A stretch of 62,984 nucleotides of DNA, filler included, from Hausera hauseri (GCA_046269625.1; 12 parts of 12 records of this genome joined end to end with filler, not necessarily neighbours in it); one strand, 5' to 3'; counted from the first letter of the whole stretch, positions 1 to 13,674 are shown. Notes: generated from the sequence alone by a model not told the origin. A program made the numbers and translations.

Positions 1-3000
1 ATAAAGACACAGGCAATCTAGAATAACAATGTGCACCGGTCACTCCAACGACTACATGCATATATTTCAATCGTCCCGTCACGCAACAGATCTGCGTCTC
101 GTCACAGATCCCAGTCTTGCAGTCGAGGACTGATCTGATTTTACCACAAACGCTTCGGTGAAATAGCAATTAAATGCCATATCGGTTGTAGTTTCTGCAG
201 CAAGAGTGTAGCCACAATTTGAGAACTTTGCGTCATCCATGCAGCCTAGGGTGATAATACAAAAATTTGCTTCCATAGTTGCAACCGCAAAAAATCTTCA
301 TCTAACAGAACATTATCTGCTTTCAACTGATAAGGTCTCCAAAGGGTTCGTTTTCCTTATACACCCAGCCTAAACAGCCGTAAACGTCGTCTTCTTCACC
401 ATCAACACCGGGCAATCTGACGCACAAATTTCTTTCCTTGTTGACACCGGTTTCACAATTTCTGCTGTTCCTCTTTCTTATGCAGCAACATGCAACATTA
501 TCGCTTCTCACAACCTAAATGCTGCCAAGGGTGCACCCATCAAAACTGCTCGGGAGCAAAAGTTATCATTTAAACTCCACTCTTTAAACAATATCTTCTC
601 ATGGCACTTCATTGTCGCTGACGATCAACAACCAATTTTAGGCTCAAACTTTTTTTGAACCTTTGATTTACCTATTGACTGCAAACGCAGAATGATGCTG
701 CCTCCGAAAAATTATGATAGACTAACAACTAATCTAAAATCGCCCATTAATTCAATCGTTAAATCAGCCGCGAGCAGTAAAAATCTGAAATAACATGTTT
801 CATGGCAAAGCCCATAGTAGAAAAAACGAACGAGGAAAGCGAAAAGATGTCAACATCTGTCGTATCTACCGAACTTTCCGCCGTTCCTTCCGTCTTGCAA
901 TCTTTTTTGTCACAAATTTTTTGTCCAAAACCTTTAAGCCTGCTGCTTCAACATTTTACATCATTCACACGAGTTCACTCGCTCCAGTTGGACAAGGCCG
1001 TTGTGAACTCCAGCCAGAGCGCCGCAGCATAGTTGAAGCTGAATTTTTGCAACTTGAACGAGAAGGTACAATCCGGCGGTCTACCCTTCCATGGGCTTCA
1101 TTACTTTACGTGGCACCAAAAAAGATGACATGCTCCGGCCTTGCGGAGATTATCGTCGGCTTAACGTCTTAACCACACCCCTGATAGTTACCCTCTCCCT
1201 ATGATCTGTAACATTTTCCGCAGATTAGATGGCAGCAACATTTTTTACGGTGGACTTGCACAAGCTTACCATCAGATTCCAGTCGCTCCGGAAGATGTTC
1301 AAAAGACCGCCATAGCAACGTCTTTTGGTCTCTTCGAGTATCTCTACAAACCATTTGGACTTTGCAACGATGCCGAAACATTCCAGTGGCATATATACTT
1401 TGTGCTATCAAATTTGCCTTTCACATTCCCACATATCAACGACATACTGATATCCTCCGGAGACGAAGACCAGTACAGGGAACGCATGCGCACTCTTCTC
1501 AAACGCCTTCACGACCATAATCTCCGAATGAATTGGAGTAAATCGCATGTTTTTGCTCAGTCTGTCACATTCTTTGGCTATATCATTTCAACGCAATGGC
1601 ACGCACCACTGCCTGAGTGATTACATTTAATTTGCAACATTGCATATCCATCGACCGTGACAGAACTGGGCAACTTCCTAGGAATGGTTAACTTTTGCCA
1701 AAAATACATTCTTAACTGTTCACACTTCATCACAAATCTCTCTGCCCTAGCTTCTGGCTCAAAATGACGTAAAGTTCAGTGGATGGTTTCTTTAACGACT
1801 GATTTTAATACTCTAATATCCCAACTACAAGATCTTAAAATCCTCGCGTATCCCAAAAGGACGCACCATTGTATCTGTCCACTAACGCATCTACAATAGC
1901 TACAGGTGCAGTTCTGAATAAGCTAAACAATGTAATTCACGAGCCATTACAATTCTTGAGCTATAAGTTCCCTAATACCGAAACGCGTTACCCGACTTTT
2001 TGTAGAGAGTTGCTTTCAATATTTCTAGTCACTAAACATTTTCAACACTTGCTGATTGGGCGTTCTTTCACAATCCAAACCGACCATAAGTCATTAATAT
2101 CTATGATGCAAATGCGTAACCCTTCTCCACGCCAAGAAAGGCAAATTTCGTTTATCTCTCAATTGAATTTTAATATTCTACGTATAACAGGTGCGAAAAA
2201 CGTTGTGACTAATTTTATGTCACGGTCTGTGCCGTTGATCGATTTTATTCCGGTATTTTCTCAAGAAACACTTCGTCAAAATCCACCGTCTCCATCCGAC
2301 ATCTCATATTTCAAAAATACCAAAACCGTAGAAGGTATAATCTTTGATACCACACTGTTGAGAACTTTACGGTTTATATTGTTAGAGACTTTACGCAAAC
2401 AAGTCTTTGATCACATCCATAATCTTCACCATCCCGGTAGTTTATACACTTATCGTCTTCTTCTCACCAAATTAATCTAGCCAGTCATGCGTAGAGAGGT
2501 AAAACACCCGGTGTCTCATGCATGCCATGCAAAAATTCAAAATATCGGAAAACATTAAACCACCGTTATATCATTTCCAAACAATGTCACGTTCCGACAT
2601 TATCCATATTGATCTCGTCGGTCTTCTGCTACCTAACCGAGAATTCACTTACGTGCTCACAATGCTTGACAGATTAACAAGTTTGCCAGAAGTCATACCA
2701 CTTCTTAATATCGAAAGTGATACAGTAGCTAAAGCCTTCATCCTCACAAGGATCAGCCGTTTCGGAATACAAAAACATCTCATCTCTCATCAAGGACGCC
2801 AATTTGAATCCTCGCTCTTTAAAACACTAGCCGCTCGTTTAAGTATCGAACATATTCACACTTAGCTATATCATCTTCAGGACAACAGAGCTTTAGAACG
2901 ATTTCACTGCACTTTTAAAGTTTTGTTAAAGATTTTCGCAGCCAGTAACGAGAAGTGGTTAGACGTCTTTCCATATGTTTTACTTGGTTAGAAAAATTCC

Positions 3001-3350
3001 CAAGGTTCATCAACGAATCACACTCCAGCTCAAGCTTTATTCAGTACATCACTCCACCTGCTTTCAAACCTAGTTATAACGACAACCGACACAACGGAGC
3101 GTGACATAGAGGCAGCAAGAAAAATTTTTGAATCATTCGACGGAGATAAATTCTGCTGTACAACAAACAATCATAAAGAATTCGATTGCACCAAAATTTG
3201 TTTTCTAAAAAATAAAACAAATAGAGGTTTGCAGCCAACTTACACCGGACCACATAGACTTTTAGAATGGCACTCATATACCATCAAAATTCTGAAAAAT
3301 AATGAAATAACCTCTGGCTCATTTAACTAATATAAAACCAGTCTAAATAA
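1..3350 (+). mobile_element. Degenerate Ty3/Gypsy LTR retrotransposon gag-pol (gag Zn knuckle, protease, RT, RNase H, integrase, GPY/F)
   Basis: Gag-type CVIHAA*GDNTKICFHSC (~229-282). Protease FLVDTG (434-451) and FIVADDQQPILG. RT PWASLL..., GDYRRLN, LAQAYHQIP, PFGLCN, HINDILI (YIDD decayed). RNase H TNAS...RELL...TDHKSL. Integrase HNLHHPG, HIDLVG, HQGRQFES, LERFH. GLQPTYTGPH. Many stops and frameshifts. Confidence 0.95.
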
Positions 3351-4103
3351 TACCTGAATCTATAGAACAACCGATCAATGATTCCTCATTCCACAAACGT
3401 TTATTAAACTTAAACTTACCACGGATATCTGGCATAAACACCCAGTATAATCACACTCAAAACTTCCAGACAACCCACACGATTTCTACTCCAACAACCT
3501 CTTTCCCTTCTTCGTCTTTAATTGCACCTAGTATTTCATGTTTTCCACATCCACATATACTGCCATTGTCGTCGACGAAACGTCAATAAACTCATTGTTG
3601 GATCACACGGATATACCAGAACCACTTTTACAGTCCACACCAAGTAGTCATGACCACGCCACCACCAATTCTCGCCTAACAGCCTTAACTTATGACTTGC
3701 GGGAAACTTCTCGTTCACCATACTTCTTACGTTCCATTTTATATAACGCACATGAGTCACAACAACGCATAGCACTACTTCCATCACGTATTTCTTTTCG
3801 ATCATAGTCCTCTATTGCACGACACAACCCAGCATATTCACGCAGGCACTGCATTTGCAAAAATCAATAAAAATACTTACAAAATGTATCATTCACTTGT
3901 ACAGCACACTTTTGTAATTTTTTAAACATGTTTTGCAGTGTGAATTGTTTCTTTTCGGCGGCGGGAGTGGGATGTGTTGTGGCCGCGTGAGATTCCAAAA
4001 TTGTTTTAAAAAAAAGACCATTTGAATAATTAGATCGGATATTAAATTTACAAGATTCACAAGGCCAAAGAAATAAAATTTCACGATTTGACCGAACCCT
4101 TCC

Positions 4104-4203
4104 NNNNNNNNNNNNNNNNNNNNNNNNNNNNNNNNNNNNNNNNNNNNTTAATTAATTAANNNNNNNNNNNNNNNNNNNNNNNNNNNNNNNNNNNNNNNNN
4201 NNN
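4104..4203. other. Artificial contig linker N44-TTAATTAATTAA-N44. Identical copies at 8297, 13181, 19777, 25000, 32959, 37346, 42552, 48342, 53545 and 57950.
   Basis: Eleven identical 100-nt spacers, each with a stop-in-all-frames core flanked by Ns. Confidence 0.99.
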
Positions 4204-4348
4204 TCAGCAAAGAACAAAGTGTCTGGATGGTTTGAAAGAATGGCTCGGAAGTAGGTCAACAGCAGAGATGATTGGAGACATCAGGAATCGCGAGAGATGG
4301 AGATCCATGACAGCTTGTGCTTTGCAGCACAGCACCTGATGATGATGA
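4204..4348 (+). mobile_element. 3' end of an RTE-type LINE
   Basis: Translates QQRTKCLDGLKEWLG...RNRERWRSMTA...QHST* followed by a (TGA)n tail, typical of RTE-clade C-termini. Confidence 0.7.
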
Positions 4349-4830
4349 GTTTTAAGGAATGCAAAGAAAGATATGTCAACACTGTCCTCTTCCATTCCAA
4401 ACATCTTCCTCAAGTAAAATACTCAACATATTGTTAATTACTTTATGTTACATTATGTTAACATTATGGTAATGGATATCATCATTTCACACCTGATCAA
4501 TTCCATAGATCCTTCAAGCCATTTTAATAATTACACGAATCTTGGCCAACTGAACAAAATTCATATCTTTCAACTCCCATGTATTAACGCCACATGTGAC
4601 TGGCTCTTTTGTTTTGTCAGATGGTCTTAAAATCAGAAAATGCTGGTTGCTGTCACAATGACCAGCTTCTTTCATGGCTAAACTTACCAATGTTTGACTA
4701 ACAGATCCTACCACAGTATGAACAGGCTACACCTGTATTAATTTCTCCTGAATCTTTGTGTCTATGTCTGTTGTCCTCCAGCTTATTGAATCATGCAGTA
4801 TTGAATGTAGGTTTGCCTCTGCGTACCAAA

Positions 4831-4978
4831 CAACTAAGTACAACATACTCAGCTTCTTAGTATTACATACATAGCAACTAAGTACAACATACCCAGCAAC
4901 TAAGTATTATGTAGGCCTACCCAACAACTAAGTATTGTGTACCCAACAACTAAGTACAACATACCCAGCAACTCAGCA
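4831..4978. repeat. Degenerate minisatellite, ~22-nt unit CAACTAAGTACAACATACCCAG
   Basis: CAACTAAGTA recurs five times with related spacers. Confidence 0.85.
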
Positions 4979-5225
4979 TATCATCAATTACGAGTACCAT
5001 ACATTTCAAAGAATAAGTCAACAATGAAATACAACACAACTCACAGTTTATTTATACATTTCAACAAGCCTCAGTCTTCAAAACGAGACTTCAACTCTCC
5101 AATGAAACTTTCAAAGAATTTCAATTCGTTCTAATTTTGCAGTCATTTACATTTTTACTACTCCCTTCACATATTTTTCAGCTTCAATGAAAACACTATT
5201 TATTAATTTTGTTATGCTGAAGTTG

Positions 5226-5622
5226 ACTGTAAAACAAGACTGACTTACACACCTAGCCTTTCACCAACACTCTAAAACACGACACACAAACCTAGCCATT
5301 TACCAACCCTGTAAAACAGGACATACAAACCTAGCCATTTACCAATACTGTAAAACAGGACATACAAAACTAGCCATTCACCAACACCATAAAACAGGAC
5401 ATAATCACCTAGCCATTCAACACCGTAAAACAGGACATACAAACCTAGCCATTCATCAACACTGTAAAATATGACATACAAACCTAGGAATTCACCGACA
5501 ATGGAAAAAAAAGGACATACAAACTTAGCCATTCACCAACATTGTAAAATAGGACATACAAACCTGGCCATACACTAGAACTGTAAAACAGGACTTGCAA
5601 ACCTAACCATTAACTGACACTG
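5226..5622. repeat. Minisatellite, ~39-nt unit CTGTAAAACAGGACATACAAACCTAGCCATTCACCAACA, ~10 copies
   Basis: Head-to-tail repeats are directly visible, with no unique spacers. Confidence 0.95.
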
Positions 5623-5959
5623 TTAAGATATTTCAACATTTAGCCACTGCTTAACCCTTCTTCTCTGAAAGAATGCCTACTGTCTGTCAATATTGTCACA
5701 ATTTTCTTCTAAGGCATAATTAATATTAAGCTAAAGTGACCATATTTCTCAGGGGCATTGCCCTCAATCTGCTGTAAGTGACCACTTTATTTCTGGGGAC
5801 AACCTATTTGGTAGCAAAACTGCATTCAACTGTGTACAAACTACAAAATAGAGTTCAACATATGAGCAACCTGATATACCCATCACATACAGCCAGAAGA
5901 ATACAATTATCAAATCTATCAGAAAACAAACAATAAAACAGAATGATTATCACCTACTC

Positions 5960-6935
5960 AGCCAGGCCTGAACAGTTTCATCATCCTAGACTCAGCATGG
6001 GAACAAACGACTATGTAATCCCATGTACACAAAATTCTAGATTGGCAACTCAGTCATGTGTACATGTGGACGGGCACACTGGCCCTGTGAAACAACATTA
6101 GAGACTAAACTATACGGTAGACTGTGTGAGCTGCAAACAACAGGGAAGTTCGTACAAGAGACAGCTTTACAGATATACAGTGTTTCAAGAGAATGAAAGA
6201 AAAACTGTGCACTTTGTACTTTTTAAAAGGTTTGAATTAAACTATAGTGACACTACAAACTACAGAGCTGAACTACAGGCAGTCCTTGAAGCTACAAGAA
6301 TACTAGATGCAAACTGTCTTCCTATGTGACTGCCTATCAATTATCCAGACCATCCAAAGTGAACCAGAAGATTTACTAACAAGAACAGTCATAGCAGAAC
6401 TGAAGCAACTAACTATAAACCACTGCAATGGATTTTTGCACACTGTGGCCTACAAGGAAATGAGACAGCCGACAGATTGACAAAAACTGGTGCCCTGAAG
6501 GAACAGTTCCATCACAGAGTATCATTCAAAGAAGCACAGACACTCATCAAAGAAAAATCCAAGACCTCATGGCATCAGAGAACAGGCAGCAACTACTGAC
6601 AGGACCCTATCCTAGTACTAAATAGAGCACAACAGACTCAAATCTTCATTCTCTGCACAGGACATTGCAGACCACAAGCTCATCTCCACAGGATAAAAGC
6701 CACTCCAACTGCACAATGCACATGCCAAAACAGTTCCCAGACACCAGAGCACATTCTACAGACAATTTCTCTCCTCAAAGATTTAAGGACAGAGATAAGG
6801 CAGAAACAAAAAAGCATGGAAGAAGAGCTGTGGGGCTGCCGCGAGGCACTTCTGCTGATGACCAGATTCACAGAGACAACCCACCTCCTTGTCTAGACAT
6901 TGAGCATAAGAAACTAAAGAAGAAAAAGAAATTAT
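5960..6935 (+). mobile_element. 3' part of a non-LTR retrotransposon (I/Ingi/Nimb-like): RNase H and C-terminal Zn knuckle, decayed
   Basis: TTNYRAELQAVLEA, CDCLSIIQ, LQWIFAHCGLQGNETADRLTKTGA, LCTGHCR..., CTC...QTPEHIL. Confidence 0.85.
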
Positions 6936-7107
6936 AGTGAAAAAGAATACAACTAAACCTGATTTTTTAAAAAAGTAAAGTCCATGTACACGCCTAAGCA
7001 GGTGTATAGGTAAATGTGGAGTTAGTGTCCACATTTTGTCCCTGATTTACTCCTGACATAAAATGAAAAATTAAGCATCTGCACCCGACTTAACTATGAT
7101 AACATAA

Positions 7108-7355
7108 TGGCAGCGTGGTGGTTAGCACACTCGCTTGCCAATTATACGGCTGTGGGTTCAATCCCGACCAAAACAGCTCTAGGGTCTCACCCAGCCTTGA
7201 AAATGGGTACCAAAGAAACGACCTGGGAAAATAAAAACAGCCTGTTGTTTTACCGACAAAATAACCCAACCATATGCTGATATGAATGAAAAATGTGGAC
7301 ACCGACTGCACATTCCCCAATGCGATGCCTTTAGACATGAATGGTCTTTACTTAC
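7108..7355 (+). mobile_element. tRNA-derived SINE. Same-family copies at ~6975-7095 (-), ~7510-7745 (-) and ~8165-8296 (+).
   Basis: A-box-like TGGTGGTTAGC and B box GGTTCAATCCC, central CACCCAGCC..AAAATGGGTACC. Body sequence (ATAACCCAACCAT..., CACAT.CCC..ATGCCTTTA) is shared with the reverse copy at 7510-7745. Confidence 0.75.
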
Positions 7356-8396
7356 TTGTCATCACCATTTAACTTGGATTCTCACCCACAAGGTGTTAGT
7401 ATTGTCCAAGAGACAATATTAGGAGTGTTACAAAGAGTATGTTACTATTTTCACTAGGGATATAAACACTAGTAAAACATTGCTTAGAGATGTAAAAGCA
7501 AAAATACCCAAGTCATATTTAAAGGCATACAAGGGGATGTGAAGTTAGTGCTCACATCTTGCCTTGACCAATGGCACATGGTTGGGTTATGTGGTCAGCA
7601 TGATGCCAGACTGGCCTTTACTTTCCCTGACAATTTCTCTCTTACAAATATTTTGAGATTTTGGCTTTTACAAAAAAAAAAATCCAGCCCAGTGAGAGTC
7701 GAACCCATGGCCTTGTAATATACAAACTTGTGTAGTAAGGGGCATGGAACACAGAATACATTCAATCTTTAAAACTCTTACACAATTTTCACCCGAATCA
7801 CAAATTTATTCAGCATCTCGTACAATCTCGTTATTCAACACGCTACAATCTTTTACGCTCTCTCTTGATATATTCCAGAACAGACTTGTGTGGGACTGGA
7901 CTCCTGTAGTTCTTGTACCAGAGATAAAATGTGAACACACACAGGACATACCTTTAAATACACAAACATTCAATGATTAAAACACAGATCAGAGTGTGTT
8001 TAACAAAAATAAAATGACAGTTTTTTTTATTTAGACAACCTCACTGTTGGTTTTTTTAAGAAAACTGATATTAATTTTTAAAAAATCTACTTTACTCAGA
8101 TCATCATGTTGGCAGTTGTGTGAAAAGTGTTAATTTTTTTTACGGTGTCCCTCATATTCAAGAGAGGTGATTGCAAAGTGGTTAGTATGCTCACTTTTTA
8201 TCTTATGGGGGTTCAGTCCCAGTTGATGGATTGAATTTTTCCAACCAAAACAGCTGTTTTGGGGTCCACTCTTCGTAAAAAAAAATGGGTACAGGGNNNN
8301 NNNNNNNNNNNNNNNNNNNNNNNNNNNNNNNNNNNNNNNNTTAATTAATTAANNNNNNNNNNNNNNNNNNNNNNNNNNNNNNNNNNNNNNNNNNNN

Positions 8397-8525
8397 GGTC
8401 AGTTTCCCTTCCCACGATGACGTGCCTTCCTCCCATTCGCCAGTTTCCCTTCCCCGCCATGACGTGTTCTCCTACTATTGGTTTCCTTCCTTCCCTGGGG
8501 GGGTTTGGTGCGAAGTCCTCACATT
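8397..8525. repeat. GC-rich subrepeats next to the PolB 3' end, probable inner part of a Polinton terminal inverted repeat
   Basis: Two copies of CAGTTTCCCTTCCC...ATGACGTG, directly downstream of the PolB stop. Confidence 0.45.
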
Positions 8526-8594
8526 TTACTACTCTGAAACTGTACAAATTTACTACGAAAAAAAACAAATAAAACTAAAATATTTATTTACAAA

Positions 8595-11500
8595 TTATAT
8601 ACAGTAATGGCTATAAGCGGCACTCTGATTTTTCTGAAGCCACTGTCTCTTATCGTCGAACGGGTCCAATGCTTTCTTTTTGCTGTTTATTTTCATGAGC
8701 TGATGATTTTTGTTCCGATACGCTCCTGGTAGACTGTTCTTCGATGACCATATTCATAGGCTTAGAGAAAGTTTTCAAACTGTAAATTTGTTTTCTTCAG
8801 ATTTACGCCTTTGCATTTCAATACGGACTTGGTTTGTGTTTTCAACTAGTAACATTTTGGTTTTAGGCAAATTCCCTCTTTGTACTCGACACTGCCTTTG
8901 CTTTTATCTTTAAATTTATCTATAATAGCCGAGAAACGAGTGGAATAAAGAGGGTCGCTAGTATTATAATTCGACGTGTCCAATTCTTCATTTGAAATCA
9001 TTGTTATTAAGAGTTGTGATCTTAAATCAACTCCACGACCCTCAAGAAAAAAGCTATCCGTGTCACAAGCAGTGATATTTAATTCACAATTAAAATGGTG
9101 TCTATACTTAGCCAGTTTGATGTAATTAAGCTCATACGTCTGTAGCTTGGAAATATCAAGTACGGCCTGACCGATATGTGAGGGCCTATCTAATGTAACT
9201 ATGTCATTATCGAGCAGAACGGCAACCAGATCATCAGCAATAATGATACTTTATTTGAACTGGGCTTTACTGGCATATGTTACAAGCCTCTTTGCATTGA
9301 TACAAAGCCTCAAATTGGACCGTTTTATAAAATTTTCCATTATTTTGATCTTAAAAGTCCTTTTCAAAAGCATTTTTAGCAGCAGCCCTCTTTGCTGTAT
9401 TAAGATTGATGTAGTCCTTAAAGATATAGCATTGATCAAATTTAGCGGCCCGATGTACCTTGTCAATTACAGCGCCTAATTTGATGTACAGTTGCAAACG
9501 CGTATAGTGTATAACATAGTTGGACTTTTGCTCATGTATTAGCAGCAATTTCTTTACTTACAAACCAGGAAGGCAGTTGGTCTAACTTATCATAATTATC
9601 AGCCGGAATGATCAAATCAACTTTGAAGATGAGACCACGTTTTTGTGTAACAGTGTCGACAAAGGGCAATTGTGAAATCAGACTGTTTAATTTATCTTTA
9701 TCATAAATCCCAACCAAATTTCAAAATGGTAAAAGCTGAGATAAAGCCCAGCGGTACAAATTATTCACATCTATATGCAAGATAGTGGTGCTTTCATCGG
9801 TGGTAACCCTATGTTTATTTAGGAACGTCATACCACCACGAATTCCAGATTGGAAAAAAACTATACATTTCAGGATCCTGAATGAGCTCAATACGACATG
9901 GACTCATTTTTAGTTCAGTTGACAAGTTAATCTGGAATAGACACGAAATTAACCGCTTCTAAGTCACCCTCCAACTTAACCTGTTTTCTAAATCGTTCAG
10001 AAATATCACCTAACAAGTATACATCTAGTTTCATGTATACTACCATGTAATCTAAAAGCGAGCTACATCTATATTTTGATCAGGTAAGTTGAGCCTCCTG
10101 ATAATCGCTGTCACTAACTCCATCCCATTTTGGTGGTAATTCAGAAATCGACTGCAAGTCAATAAACGATTTGGCTGCAGTGTATGGAAAAACAGCTTTA
10201 CCTTTAATGATATCAGATGGAAAAGCTGTTTCGGTGAATGGATAACAGTCTAAATTAGAGGCAAGTGTATTTAGTGAAGCAGGTAAAAACTGAAGCGTGT
10301 CAAAAAGCGAATTGAAACTGATTTTTACTTGAACATCGTATCATAGCCTGAATAGTGAAGAATTTTTACGTAGTTTGTGGAACAACACTTAATTCCCAAC
10401 TTCCGAATTTACTTAATGCGTGTTTTAAAATATGATAAATAAAATATCCACGCCAATTATGCAACATAACAGGTAAATTGTACCTAATCTGTTGAGCCAA
10501 GTTACATTTACTACATGCTGGGCCTAAGAATTTACCTGTAACATGGCAGTGATCTCGAACAAATTGAGAACCGTTTTCATGACAGAGGTAACACTATGTG
10601 GCGTTTTTAAACCGAAACCATTCAGCTGATGTTGGTGGGATCATTGGCTTTTTTGCATTTTTGTACCAGGGAAAACCAAGCTTTTCACAATTTACTCTAA
10701 ACAAGCCAGAAACTCAACGATAGAATTTTCACCAACAAACTGTCTATATTCAGTACCCGTTGATGAAACTAACAAAGGACCAGCTGCAGCAGCAAATGAA
10801 TATGTTGAACATTATCATCAGGATACAGAACCGATTCAAAGTCAGCATATATGATGAAAGGAAAGTTTATAGATTTGGCCCAGTCCTTAAATTTAAAAAA
10901 CTTGTTTTCAAGCATTCTGTACAAATTTGTGCATTTGGAAGAAGACACGCACATTGGGAAATGCTTAGCATAAGCAGTGTCAAGCCTAAATCCATGTAAA
11001 CATTTTTCACACCAATGTTTACATTGAATTCTCATATCATTAACCGTATGTTCAACAACCGATTAAGATTAGGAATTGCAACATAATGGAACTTTTCGTC
11101 ATTTTCTAAAATCAACAAGTTCACTACAGTACCATTCGGAATTTTGCTTCTATACAAAATATCAACGAATGGATTTTTCACCATATCCTCATCAAAATCC
11201 ACAACATCCTCATCGTGAAACAAGAAAGCATTAATTGCCAACTGTGGATTCTGCCTTTCAAATTTACCTATGTTGCATATTTTCATAAGCATTTCATCCA
11301 AAGAATATTTCAGCTGGCTTAAATAAGGAACATAATTACTAAGTCTATATATATATGACTTTCAAAGAGAAAATATTTGATCACGGCAATAATCGAGTGT
11401 AGGAAACATAAATTTCCCTCATTCTGTATATCAACAACGGCCATAGCATTTTTTAATGCGTCAAGTGTTGGTAGATAGGATTTTCTAGATAGATAGGGTA

Positions 11501-12210
11501 GTGGACTTATTCTAACTATATGAAAACAGTATTTCAGAATTTTCACTACCTTCCAACCACTACCCATTTCAGAAAAATTATCAACTTGCTCACGCAAAGT
11601 ATCAATTACCGATTGTGGATAAACCTTTTCATAAGGGGCAGTTCGATGTAAAATACATGCCTCCTTAAAGTCACCTTCAGCATTTGCGAACAGAATCTCA
11701 AGTCCGTATTGAATCGTACACAAAGAAAACCGAGAAGTGTACATATCAACATTATTCAAAATTTCCTCAGGTGGTTAAATAGAAATGCGTTGGTCAGGCG
11801 AAACATTAAAGCAAAAGTTCATATATTTATTAGCTATCATCTTTCGAACATTAAGTCGTAGCTTTTTCACAAAATCCATTTTCGATTTCTTTGCTGGTTT
11901 GTCTGAATTTCGGTTCATCCGTCGTTTAACCGGCTGACGAGATGGTTTCATCGGCTGCTTAGATGGTTTAGCTGGTTTACCAGTTATTGGAAGTTGTTGC
12001 TGTGCTACGAACTGTTTTGCCATATTTATCATTTCTCGACGTTCTTGTAGTATGGTTTTCTTTGGTTTGTTAAACATTGTCAGATGGTGTCAATGCTGAT
12101 TACAGAATGCCGGGAATTGTAGACCAGATAGAACCTCGCATGTTGGACAAATGTAAAATTGGGACCCGTCAACTTTCACACTATAATATTTGGGAATCGT
12201 GTTGTTTCAT
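8595..12210 (-). pseudogene. Polinton/adintovirus protein-primed family B DNA polymerase (copy 1)
   Basis: GSGWKV..., IQNEGNLCFLHSI, IIYADFES, DHCHVTGKFLGPACSKCNL, KLDVYLL, SGIRGGMTF, IDVNNLY.WALSQ, CDTDSF, FDDKR. Multiple stops and frameshifts. Confidence 0.93.
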
Positions 12211-12445
12211 TTTTCTTCAGAATAATCTTTATTCGTACCATAGTTGAAGTGACAAATCTAGAATTTACAAGTGCAAAAAAAAGAAAATGCCACTAACCAT
12301 TTTAGCAGATTTAGCAAATTTTTGAAAGTTTGAAATAATTTTAAAATGACTTTGAGGCTCTATTTATACCAATTTTCAACCAATCGGATTTGAGATAAAA
12401 GAGTATATATACTCCAAAACTTTGGGCATAAAACCGAAAATGTTT

Positions 12446-12673
12446 ATGTCTCAAAACAATGTTTGGGTGATTTGTCTCAGTGATATTGAAAAAATCAATG
12501 TCAGACCAGTTAGATATATTCATAGATTTTGTTTAAAATGCATTCGCAAATGGTTTCAAAAAGATGCTACTACATGTCCAATATGTCGCAAATCGAGTCT
12601 TTACTTTTCAATATATAGTGAATATGGGGACTTATTAACCGTAAAACATTTAGAAAGTCTGTTTTGTGATTAA
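12446..12673 (+). CDS. Small RING-finger protein (C3HC4-like; two ligands decayed)
   Basis: (W)VICL...(Y)IHRFCLKCIRKWF...TCPICRK. Confidence 0.8.
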   Translation: MSQNNVWVICLSDIEKINVRPVRYIHRFCLKCIRKWFQKDATTCPICRKSSLYFSIYSEYGDLLTVKHLESLFCD

Positions 12674-12756
12674 ATGTATTTTGAAACTATGATTAAATGT
12701 ATTTTCGTTATTTTTTTCAAAGACAAAATAAAACATAATATTTATTAGTATAACAT

Positions 12757-13180
12757 TTACAATGTTTTGCCTAAAATAGCATGTATTGCGGCGATAACAT
12801 TCATTTCACGAGTGTTTAATTCAATAAAGTTATGTATAAGATTCAAAAGTCGTTTCTTTGCTGGCAGTTGGATTTTGGGCTGTTTGAATGTCGGTAACAT
12901 TTCAAGTATATGAAATTTTATTACTAATGTATCGTCATTAACTGGAAGAAGAGACTCCAATTTTGTTAGTTGACAAATTTTCGGAAATCCTCTTGCAATG
13001 TTACTGTTTTCTGGTTTTATATAACATTTCAATCTCAGATCAGTTTTCATTTTATCCGAGCAGAAAACTTCACCTAATTTGTTCAGTAAAGACATTTGGA
13101 TAGCTGCATAGAAAGGCCATTGTAATGAATGTCATGTTCATCTTTCACTATTGCAAAGAAAACTGATAAATGGGTATTTC
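12757..13180 (-). pseudogene. TRAF-type MATH (TRAF-C) domain gene, 5'-truncated by the contig end
   Basis: NTHLSVFFAIVKDEHD / frameshift / LQWPFYAAIQMSLLN...IKPENSNIARGFPKI...LE...DDTLVIKFHI matches the TRAF-C consensus THLSLFF...D.LL.WPF...P...NIA.G.P.F...DDT.FIK. Confidence 0.85.
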
Positions 13181-13674
13181 NNNNNNNNNNNNNNNNNNNN
13201 NNNNNNNNNNNNNNNNNNNNNNNNTTAATTAATTAANNNNNNNNNNNNNNNNNNNNNNNNNNNNNNNNNNNNNNNNNNNNTCCCCCTACTAGTATAACTT
13301 CGACTGTAGCGTCGAATAGTAGCAGAAACGAAAAGCTTGCTGAAGAATTAACAATTTTCTTGTGGACGAAAATTTGACATTTTCTCGACGTGATTCCAAA
13401 TCTTGACGATTCGTGTTTTGTGTGGTAATTATTATATTTGTCATTTTATTTGTTCTTTTTAAAATACCCGTATAGTTTTCCATCGGCCCTTAAGGCAGAT
13501 TTGAGATATACTATGTTCTAAACTTGTGGTAAATTATATAAGTACTAGATCATTCTTAACTTGTGCACAGGATACGGCACGCATTTCACACGCACGTAAT
13601 ATTTATACATTGGGCACATTCGTTTAACGAGAATGTTAAACCGAATTTGCTTAAAATTAAAGTGTAAATTACGT

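Noticed and set aside
4148-4159. Recurring TTAATTAATTAA palindrome
   Set aside because: Always centred in N runs of fixed length, so it is an assembly linker. ORFs ending ...LIN are artefacts.
5226-5622. CRISPR-like periodicity and the repetitive ORF 5272-5532
   Set aside because: Units are head-to-tail with no unique spacers and no cas genes. It is a minisatellite, and the ORF is a by-product.
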